Assembly (NCBI GenBank): GCA_000091165.1
Contig: FP565575.1
Location: 690,001 to 722,000 of the forward strand
From: Candidatus Methylomirabilis oxygeniifera
GTDB taxonomy: Bacteria; Methylomirabilota; Methylomirabilia; Methylomirabilales; Methylomirabilaceae
Length of the DNA stretch: 32,000 nucleotides
Reading direction: 5' to 3'
Below are positions 9,006 to 15,996 of the stretch, one piece after another (within the stretch, counting starts at the first letter, position 1; every line of letters begins with the position of its first letter). A model generated the notes under the pieces. That model searched no databases. It had not been told where the DNA came from and saw nothing but the letters and a program-made list of their open reading frames with translations. The position numbers and the translations under genes are program-made.

Positions 9006-11204
9006 ATGGCTGAACAACCACCCGTCCGACGCCGCGGCTTGCGCATCCTCCTGATCGCCCTGGCGACCGGCATCGTCGTTGGAGGTCTCGCGGTGGGTGG
9101 GCTCTATCGCCTTAGTTCGAGCCCGCTCCTATGCAATTCCTGCCATATTATGAAACCGTATGTTGAGGCCTGGAGGAGTTCCAAACACAACAACGTCACG
9201 TGTATCGATTGCCATTACCCTCCGGAGCTTCGCGGCACCATATGGGTGAAGTACCAGGCACTTTCCCAGGTTGCGAAGTGGGCGACGCAAACCTACAGTT
9301 CGAAGCCGTTCGCCGAGGTTGAGGATGCGAGTTGCCTTCGCTCTGGGTGTCATACGAGCCGCCTGCTTGAGGGTAAAGTCACCTTCAAACGGGGGATTAT
9401 CTTTGACCACGGCCCGCACCTGAAAGAGGAACGCCGGGGGCGGCAGCTTCGGTGCACAAGCTGTCACTCCCAGATCGTGGTTGGGACGCACATCGAGGTG
9501 ACCACGACCACCTGTTACCTCTGTCACTTTAAGGGGATGAAGACATCTCGGGAATTTCACCCTCTTGGCGGCTGTACGGTCTGCCACACGGTGCCCAAGG
9601 AGGATATCAAGCTGGGGACCATTGCCTTCAACCACGAGTCGATGGTGAAGCGAAATGTCGGATGCGAGAAGTGCCATCTCAACGTGGTTGAGGGGAGTGG
9701 TCAGGCCCCACAAGAGCGCTGCTATACCTGTCACAACCAGCCAGAGAAGCTTCAGAAGTACGCCGACACACCATTCATGCATGAATTCCACGTGGCCGGT
9801 CATCATATCGAGTGTACCCGTTGCCACAGCGAGATCAGACACAAACTCCCGCCCCCCATCGGCTTATCCCTGAGCGGGTTATTGCAATGGTTATCGGAAC
9901 CCTCGAGTGCCGAGGCTGCCGAGAGCAGTGCCCAAGTCCTGCCGAAGCGGCTGTTCCAGTCGCCGGCGGTGAAGATGCCAGAGGCGCACCCTGCGACTCG
10001 GGATCGAGGGCTTGATTGCAAAGCCTGCCATCAGGCTACTCACCAGGGAGTCCTCGAGATGTACGTTGGTATGGGAGGGAAGGGGACGCCGATGATTCCC
10101 GGCCACATGTTTCAGGTCAGGGTAGAGTGCGTAGCCTGTCATGTGGAGCCCGGGAAGGACAAGGCCATGGCGACATTCGGTGGGCGGACATTCAGACCAT
10201 CAGAACGCGCATGTCTTGGTTGCCACGGCGAGCGGTACAAAGGGATGCTGGAACGCTGGACAAAGACTATCACCACTATGCTCACGACGGTCAATGCAAA
10301 GCTCTTGTTAGCGGAGCAGGCTCTGCAAACCACTCATCGGGCTCACCCGCAGTTTGCGAAGGCCTGGAAATTGGCAACCGATGCGCGACACAATGTGGAA
10401 TTCGTCACGAATGGGAAGGGCGTTCACAACGTCTTCTTTGCTGCCGACTTACTGAAGGTTGCGGACGGGTACCTGGATCAGTCGATGGCGGCAATCGGGC
10501 AGTTGCCTCTGAAGGTTGCAGAGGAGACCCTCGTCCGGGGAGGCTATTGCGCGGTGCTGTGTCACAATCAACTGGGAGTGAAGGCACCGGAGGAGGTAAA
10601 ATTTGGGGCTGAGACGATCCCGCATGTCCGCCACGTGACTGAGTTCGGTGTCACATGCACGGCATGTCACTCGGCCGAACGACACAAGGCGGTGACCGCC
10701 ACAAAGGCGACTTGCCTGAGCTGTCATCACCGCGCGGGGAATGATAACGAGCGGTGCATCGCCTGTCACACGCTCCAGAACGCCTTCTTTTCTGGTACGA
10801 TTAAGGTTGAGGCGGTTGTTGAGCCGACCCCCAGTGCCCACGTAGAGCTGATCGACTGTGTGGGATGCCACAACGTCCAGAAGCAGCATTCCAGGCAAGC
10901 GGTGGCAGCGCAGTGCCTGGGCTGCCATGACACGACGTCCGTCAAGGTGTTCACGCAGTGGCGGAAAGATATCGGTCAAGGTCTGGAAGAGGCCATGCGC
11001 CTCCTGAGGAAAGGGGAGTCCGGCCTGCGCCATGCTCCTCAAGACCCGAAGGCATCCGAGGTGCGCCTTCTCCTTCAGGCGGCGAAACGGGATCTCGATC
11101 TGGTCGTCAAGGCTGGGGGAATTCACAATCCAGAGCTGGCGAAGGCGATCTTGGTCAAGGCAAAGGAATCGGCCGAGCGGGCCATACGCTTCTTGAACCG
11201 GTAG
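9006..11204 (+). CDS. NapC/NirT/NrfH-type membrane-anchored multihaem cytochrome c (16 CxxCH + 2 atypical motifs)
   Basis: An N-terminal TM helix is followed by CNSCHIMKPYVEAWRSSKHNNVTCIDCH, the hallmark start of NapC/NirT/NrfH quinol dehydrogenases. 16 canonical CxxCH motifs were counted by hand, plus CLRSGCH (9333-9353) and CAVLCH (10548-10565). The C-terminal half has long helical segments with GVHN/GIHN motifs. Confidence 0.85.
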   Translation: MAEQPPVRRRGLRILLIALATGIVVGGLAVGGLYRLSSSPLLCNSCHIMKPYVEAWRSSKHNNVTCIDCHYPPELRGTIWVKYQALSQVAKWATQTYSSKPFAEVEDASCLRSGCHTSRLLEGKVTFKRGIIFDHGPHLKEERRGRQLRCTSCHSQIVVGTHIEVTTTTCYLCHFKGMKTSREFHPLGGCTVCHTVPKEDIKLGTIAFNHESMVKRNVGCEKCHLNVVEGSGQAPQERCYTCHNQPEKLQKYADTPFMHEFHVAGHHIECTRCHSEIRHKLPPPIGLSLSGLLQWLSEPSSAEAAESSAQVLPKRLFQSPAVKMPEAHPATRDRGLDCKACHQATHQGVLEMYVGMGGKGTPMIPGHMFQVRVECVACHVEPGKDKAMATFGGRTFRPSERACLGCHGERYKGMLERWTKTITTMLTTVNAKLLLAEQALQTTHRAHPQFAKAWKLATDARHNVEFVTNGKGVHNVFFAADLLKVADGYLDQSMAAIGQLPLKVAEETLVRGGYCAVLCHNQLGVKAPEEVKFGAETIPHVRHVTEFGVTCTACHSAERHKAVTATKATCLSCHHRAGNDNERCIACHTLQNAFFSGTIKVEAVVEPTPSAHVELIDCVGCHNVQKQHSRQAVAAQCLGCHDTTSVKVFTQWRKDIGQGLEEAMRLLRKGESGLRHAPQDPKASEVRLLLQAAKRDLDLVVKAGGIHNPELAKAILVKAKESAERAIRFLNR

Positions 11205-11269
11205 GTGTGTGGGCGATATAAGGTTGCGCAAATCGAGCTATGTCAAACAGAGTCAACCCAGAGAGGACA

Positions 11270-11815
11270 ATGGAAGAACAACGATCATCCGGTAAGATAC
11301 GCCTTATCATAATGCTGGGCAGTACGTTGGCCGTAGGATTTCTTCTTGGGTACCTGGCTTCAGCCTTCGTTCCTCTCGTCCAGTCGCCACAATCGCCCGC
11401 CGTGTCGCCGTCTGCCGCTCCTGGTCCTAAGCTTTCACCCTCCGAGATTGATTCGGCCTTGAAGGCGGCCCACGCCTCGCTCGATGCTGGCGACCTCCAA
11501 GCCGCCTGGGAGAAATATCATCAGATCCTGCTCACTGATAGGAATCATATTGAGGCGCTGACGCACCTCGGAGTAATCTTGACGCAGAGCAATCAGCCGG
11601 ATGAGGCCATCAAGCTGTACGATCGAGCGTTGAGCCTGAATCCCCAGTATGCCCATGCCCTGTTCGATAAGGGACAGGCCTTACAGGCGAAAGGGGATGC
11701 GAAGGGCGCCACTGAGGTGTTCCAGCGGTTTCTCGCTCTGGTACCGCCGGACTCGGACGATGCCAAACGAGTCAAGGGATGGATTGCGGAGCTGACCCAT
11801 TCCAAGAAGCCATAA
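11270..11815 (+). CDS. Membrane-anchored TPR protein, CcmI/NrfG-like (possible apocytochrome chaperone)
   Basis: One N-terminal TM helix (IRLIIMLGSTLAVGFLLGYLASAFV) is followed by about three TPR units (AWEKYHQILLTDRNHIEALTHLGVIL..., AIKLYDRALSLNPQYAHALFDKGQAL..., ATEVFQRFLALVPPDS). The ATG at 11270 has the SD GAGAGGA; the upstream ATG at 11240 has none. It sits directly after five multihaem genes. Confidence 0.7.
   Translation: MEEQRSSGKIRLIIMLGSTLAVGFLLGYLASAFVPLVQSPQSPAVSPSAAPGPKLSPSEIDSALKAAHASLDAGDLQAAWEKYHQILLTDRNHIEALTHLGVILTQSNQPDEAIKLYDRALSLNPQYAHALFDKGQALQAKGDAKGATEVFQRFLALVPPDSDDAKRVKGWIAELTHSKKP
11620..11794 (+). repeat. Segmental duplication, copy 1 (3' end of the TPR gene)
   Basis: Ungapped 175-nt alignment with 14958-15132 (offset 3338 nt). 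About 138/175 nt are identical by hand count, and 48/58 residues at protein level. Confidence 0.85.
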
Positions 11816-11912
11816 AGGCGAAAGTGCCTGGACAGGCAAGCGAGAAGGTCGTGAGATTCTGATGCGGGCGGTATGGTGACAACGCGTCAGTCAACATGAG
11901 GAGAGAGGGCTT

Positions 11913-12875
11913 ATGCGCGCAAAAGCGGTCATAGCGAGCCTGTTATTCACGTGGGGATATGGGTCAACGGCCTACGCGTTCGAAACGGCCGGCGGAGAGT
12001 TTCTCGCAAGGAAATCCTGCGCGGCCGTGCAGAGCATCAAGACGGGAAAGAATCCCGGCAGGATCAAGCTACGAGTTGACGATCGGTACCCCGTGACCGG
12101 CCTCAACGAACCGAATGGGACGTATGTACAGATTCAGGTGGCGGGCGCACGACCAGAACGTCGGTGGGTGAAGCGCACGTGCGGCACGCTGAATCCTGGG
12201 CCTGTTGAGCCTACCGCCGAACAATACGTGCTCGCTATAAGTTGGCAGCCTGCGTTTTGCGAAACCAAGCCCGACAAGACCGAATGCAAGACCCAGACGT
12301 CTGGTCGTTTCGACGCCGATCATTTCGCGCTGCACGGACTGTGGCCACAACCGAAAGGGAACATATTCTGCGGTGTCTCGACGGCTGATCGCGTACATTC
12401 GGAGCAGGGCAAGTGGGACAAGCTTCCCGAACCTGATCTGAGCGCGGAGACTCGGGCGCGTTTAAGCGAGGCCATGCCGGGAACGGCATCCAATTTACAG
12501 CGCCACGAATTCACCAAACATGGCACCTGTTTTCCCGGGAATGCGGATAGCTATTTCGGCGTCTCTCTGGCGTTGCTGCAGCAGATCAATGCCTCAAGGC
12601 TCCGAGACCTGATGGCGACGCATATCGGTGCGACCGTATCGTCGGCAGATATTACGCGCGAGTTTGAACAGAGCTTCGGAGCGGGTGCTGGCGCCGCGCT
12701 CGGCGTTCACTGTGTCGACGATCAGAATTCTCACCGCACGCTTATCGGCGAAATCCGTGTCAACCTGAAAGGAACGCTGAAGGAGACGACCAGGCTCCAG
12801 GATGTCTTGGATCGCTCGATGCGTGCAGTCAGCGATTGTTCCAAGGGTATCGTCGATCCGGTCGGGTTGAATTGA
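11913..12875 (+). CDS. Secreted ribonuclease T2 family protein (RNase I-like) with ~100-aa N-terminal extension
   Basis: Both RNase T2 catalytic boxes are present: FALHGLWPQ (CAS I) and LQRHEFTKHGTC (CAS II). Signal peptide AVIASLLFTWGYGSTAYA|FE. SD GAGGAGAGAGGG precedes the ATG. Confidence 0.85.
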   Translation: MRAKAVIASLLFTWGYGSTAYAFETAGGEFLARKSCAAVQSIKTGKNPGRIKLRVDDRYPVTGLNEPNGTYVQIQVAGARPERRWVKRTCGTLNPGPVEPTAEQYVLAISWQPAFCETKPDKTECKTQTSGRFDADHFALHGLWPQPKGNIFCGVSTADRVHSEQGKWDKLPEPDLSAETRARLSEAMPGTASNLQRHEFTKHGTCFPGNADSYFGVSLALLQQINASRLRDLMATHIGATVSSADITREFEQSFGAGAGAALGVHCVDDQNSHRTLIGEIRVNLKGTLKETTRLQDVLDRSMRAVSDCSKGIVDPVGLN

Positions 12876-12950
12876 GCAAAGTATCAATCGCTGAACGCCG
12901 GGCGCATGGGCGATGAATCATTATGGTGGTGAAAAAGCGTACGGTCTTGT

Positions 12951-13697
12951 ATGAGCCATAAGACCTCCGTCGTTGTTTTTGTTCCCGGACTGGGGAGTTT
13001 CAGTCCGATCAACCTGGGCATCCTGCGAATCGAGTATTTCAGGGGGGTAGAGCAAGCCCTGGAAGGACACGGGGCCTCGACATATTTTCCGACCCTTCCA
13101 CCATTCGCGGGGATCGCTCAGAGGGCGCGGGTACTTGCAGACGATTTATCGACATTGAAGGTAGATCGTATTCACCTTATCGCTCATAGCATGGGCGGGT
13201 TAGATAGCCGTTACTGTATACATCATTTCGATCCGGAACGTCGCATAGCGAGTCTGGTCACAATCGCCACACCGCATCGCGGTACCCCATTGGCCAACTG
13301 GGTGCTGGATGGGGATGGCCTGTTTCAACGGCTAATCCGGCCGTGCGTGAAGACGGCAGTTGTGGATCTGACACCTGAATCCTGTCGCCGTTTCAATGAC
13401 GTAATTCCAGATCGGGCAGATGTGCGATATCTGTCGTATGCCGGGGTACGGCCCGTCACAGAGATGCCGCCATGGTTCCGTCCCTGGACTCGTATGCTCG
13501 AGGAGAATGCCGGTGAGAACGATAGTCAGGTGCCACTTGGATCGGCGATGTGGGGGGAGTTCAAGAGGACATTGCGAGCCGACCACATCGAGCTGGCGGG
13601 TTGGAACCTGGGCGGATCGAACGCGCACGATCAGCGGCCATTTGATCATCTATCCTTTTATCAGGAAGTCCTGGCTGAGTTATTGGATGTGAAGTGA
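12951..13697 (+). CDS. Alpha/beta-hydrolase, lipase/esterase family
   Basis: 248 aa. It has the nucleophile elbow IAHSMGG (GxSxG), an oxyanion-type start VVFVPGLGSF, and later Asp/His candidates (ENDSQVPL, ADHIEL). Confidence 0.8.
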   Translation: MSHKTSVVVFVPGLGSFSPINLGILRIEYFRGVEQALEGHGASTYFPTLPPFAGIAQRARVLADDLSTLKVDRIHLIAHSMGGLDSRYCIHHFDPERRIASLVTIATPHRGTPLANWVLDGDGLFQRLIRPCVKTAVVDLTPESCRRFNDVIPDRADVRYLSYAGVRPVTEMPPWFRPWTRMLEENAGENDSQVPLGSAMWGEFKRTLRADHIELAGWNLGGSNAHDQRPFDHLSFYQEVLAELLDVK

Positions 13698-14287
13698 TGG
13701 TGCAGCCGACAGCTTGGCGCATACTGCTTGACGGCGTAGGGACGGGAGGATGTATGGGCACCAGCGGAGCGATTTCGACACTGATTCGAGTGACCGTATG
13801 TCTCGGTCTCGTGAGTCCGGTCTTGGTGCTCGCTCGAGTAGCGGCTGGCGATGTAGCAGCCGAGTGTACACCGCCTTCCCTCGTGTGGTTTGACCCTATC
13901 TTCTTCTCCTATAACGTGGCGCTCGCACTGTTCGCCGTACTTTCCATCCCAGGCATTACGTATTTTTATGTCGTCTCCAGGAAGGCCGAGAAGATCAGGC
14001 GGCTGCGAAACGATCTCAGCGAAGAACGCTGGAGCCTCAATGAAGAGGCGATTGTCAACATCGTTGAGCGCCAGTTCCGGATGCGTCATTACCTTGGCAG
14101 CATGCTGACCCTGACCATCGTCGTCCTGCTTGGGACATCCATCATTCTCTTGCTCAAACCTTTCTCCGGAGCGGGTTGTGGGGGGTCGATTACAGTAAGG
14201 GCGCCAACTTCCTACTGTTGGGGCCTTACATGCTGTTTGGGCCTGATGGCCGCCCCGACCATGACTATTACCAGCATATTGCGGTGA
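13697..14287 (+). CDS. Membrane protein, N-terminal part (probably the first half of a frameshifted gene)
   Basis: The ATG at 13697 overlaps the lipase stop (GTGATG). The translation has hydrophobic helices up to ...LLGTSIILLLKPFSGAG. After the G6 run at 14180-14185 it turns Cys/Trp-rich and unprotein-like before the stop at 14287. Confidence 0.5.
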   Translation: MVQPTAWRILLDGVGTGGCMGTSGAISTLIRVTVCLGLVSPVLVLARVAAGDVAAECTPPSLVWFDPIFFSYNVALALFAVLSIPGITYFYVVSRKAEKIRRLRNDLSEERWSLNEEAIVNIVERQFRMRHYLGSMLTLTIVVLLGTSIILLLKPFSGAGCGGSITVRAPTSYCWGLTCCLGLMAAPTMTITSILR

Positions 14288-15186
14288 GTCTGACGGCCTT
14301 CCAGTTCGGCTTTCTCGGCGCCTACGTCTATCTGATCGGAGACCTCGTCAGGGCCTACTTTATACTCGATCTGACCCCGCAAGTGTTTGTAGCCAGCACC
14401 ATCCGCGTCATCACCGGGAGCCTGCTAGCCTTGGTGACCTCATTTATGACGGGTTATATGTCGAAGGAAGTCAATATCAGCCTGCCATTGATTAGCTTTT
14501 TTTTCGGCTACTTTCCGGAAACAGCCCTGATTCTGATCCAAAAAAAGGTGGCCGGCTGGATTGGTCTGGGTGAGACGAAGTACCACGCTATACCGCTGTC
14601 AAGACTACCCGGCATGAGCTATGCGCACGAGACCCGCCTGATACGTGAAGGCTATGACAATGTAGAAAACCTGGCCACCGTTCGGCCGTTGGATTTGATG
14701 TTGCGGACAGGATTTACTCATCGTCAGGTGCGGCAGTGGATCGCGCAGGCATGGTTGTACAGCCATATGCGAGAGGATTACGAGGAGTTCGTCAAGCAGA
14801 CCGGTATTACCGGTGCAGATGAACTCGCAGAGCTTCTTGATAAGGGTAACGTCGGCTCTACGACGCCGGAGGAATACTTGAGCGCCGCTACCGGCGACAA
14901 GTATACGCACAAGATTGCAGCACTATGCCGTTTGGTTGGTAAGTGGAAAGAACGAGCCGATCGTCCGCTGAGCCTGAGCCCCCAGTACACTCGTGCCCTG
15001 TTTGATAAAGGGCAGGCGTTGAAAGCGAAGGGGGACACGAAGGGGGCGATTGAGGTGTTTCAGCGATTTCTCGCACTCGTGCCGCCAGACTCCGACGATG
15101 CCAAGCAGGTCAAAGAATGGATCGCGAAGCTCGGCAAATCAGGCCGTTCCACACCGAACACAGGTGACGAGCCTGGGAAGCCGTAG
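14176..15186 (+). CDS. Membrane protein, C-terminal part, ending in a duplicated TPR module
   Basis: Frame 1 is open from 14068 and its only start candidate is the TTG at 14176, inside the G-run region. The sequence is protein-like from WGVDYSKGANFLLLGPYML..., with several TM helices and a soluble domain (HAIPLSRLPGMSYAHETRLIREGYDNVENLA, helix-hairpin-helix-like). The last ~58 aa are homologous to the TPR protein's C-terminus. Confidence 0.6.
   Translation: MWGVDYSKGANFLLLGPYMLFGPDGRPDHDYYQHIAVSLTAFQFGFLGAYVYLIGDLVRAYFILDLTPQVFVASTIRVITGSLLALVTSFMTGYMSKEVNISLPLISFFFGYFPETALILIQKKVAGWIGLGETKYHAIPLSRLPGMSYAHETRLIREGYDNVENLATVRPLDLMLRTGFTHRQVRQWIAQAWLYSHMREDYEEFVKQTGITGADELAELLDKGNVGSTTPEEYLSAATGDKYTHKIAALCRLVGKWKERADRPLSLSPQYTRALFDKGQALKAKGDTKGAIEVFQRFLALVPPDSDDAKQVKEWIAKLGKSGRSTPNTGDEPGKP
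14958..15132 (+). repeat. Segmental duplication, copy 2 (TPR module fused to the membrane-protein ORF)
   Basis: See copy 1 (11620-11794). It translates in frame as DRPLSLSPQYTRALFDKGQALKAKGDTKGAIEVFQRFLALVPPDSDDAKQVKEWIAKL. Confidence 0.85.
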
Positions 15187-15236
15187 AGTCTCTGCCCTCT
15201 TACTGTAGCTTTCACGATCTTGCCTGCATCGAATCG

Positions 15237-15554
15237 TTAGAATACAAGTGCAATCGCACCAGCGACAACTCTAAAAGGAAAAGCTAATACATTGCCGATG
15301 AAATTTAAGGTTCTGCTTAAAATACCTCCCGATACGCCCTCAGTCTTCTTTTCCTCCACTTCAGTCCGCCCCTCTGCCTTTGTCGCGCTGGTGTTTTCTG
15401 ATTGTGGAGACGCTTCACTTGATTCCATTGAATCTCGTTTTGTCTCGTGTGTAGTAACTGGCTCTGTCTTCGTCGTTGAAGTAGCAGTGCATCCTTCAAA
15501 TCCAAACACAGCAAATACACTGAGCACCATCAGTAAGAATATTCTCTTCTTCAT
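15237..15554 (-). CDS. Small secreted / membrane-tethered protein of unknown function
   Basis: 105 aa with signal peptide MKKRIFLLMVLSVFAVFGFEG|C (lipobox-like but atypical). The middle is S/T/E-rich low complexity and the tail is hydrophobic (NVLAFPFRVVAGAIALVF). The gene is visibly more AT-rich than its neighbours. SD CCTGGAGGTG precedes the ATG. Confidence 0.55.
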   Translation of the reverse strand: MKKRIFLLMVLSVFAVFGFEGCTATSTTKTEPVTTHETKRDSMESSEASPQSENTSATKAEGRTEVEEKKTEGVSGGILSRTLNFIGNVLAFPFRVVAGAIALVF

Positions 15555-15654
15555 CGAACACCTCCAGGGTTAATCTGGGTTCTGCGCATCTCGATTCTTC
15601 CTTGGCAATGCTTCCTCTCTCATAATTCTGGAGTATATTGCGCCTAAGGCTTCT

Positions 15655-15792
15655 TTACATTCACCGTTCATTCTAAGCCTGTCGAAGAGTGAGACATTCC
15701 GGATTCCGTGTCAAGCACGGAATGACGGGCGAGAACAGAAGACGATGCCCCGCGGTTTGCCGCGGGGTAGGTCATTCTATTGGGGGTTCATT
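15655..15792 (-). repeat. Multi-hairpin intergenic repeat, copy B (inverted relative to copy A)
   Basis: 15701-15730 is an exact reverse complement of 6189-6218, with extended homology to 15776. Its first hairpin is CCCCGCGG-caaa-CCGCGGGG, with paired changes relative to copy A. GAATGAAC-type motifs lie at both ends. It lacks copy A's third hairpin. Confidence 0.8.
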
Positions 15793-15876
15793 CATGCGAG
15801 TATAATAGGCGGGTGTTAAGTCCCACCCCGGCTTGCGGAGTTGTTGGTGAAGGTATTTCAGACGCCTCGGTAAAAG

Positions 15877-15904
15877 TTGACTCCCTTGGAGATTTCACTA
15901 GAAT
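15877..15904 (+). promoter_or_regulatory. Candidate sigma70-type promoter for pcs
   Basis: TTGACT (15877-15882), a 16-nt spacer, then TAGAAT (15899-15904), about 90 nt upstream of the pcs ATG. Confidence 0.35.
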
Positions 15905-15996
15905 GCAAGATTGATTCACCGGGATCGAGAAGATTGAATACAACGTGAGGGTGGGAATCATTGGCGCAGTGATGGAGGCGTGATGGGAAGGTCGGC

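Noticed and set aside
15796-15810. TATAAT hexamer (gagTATAATagg) inside repeat copy B as a promoter
   Set aside because: No acceptable -35 box sits at 16-18 nt (TTGGGG at 15 nt only). It also lies within the repeat element, so the TTGACT-16-TAGAAT candidate further downstream is preferred.
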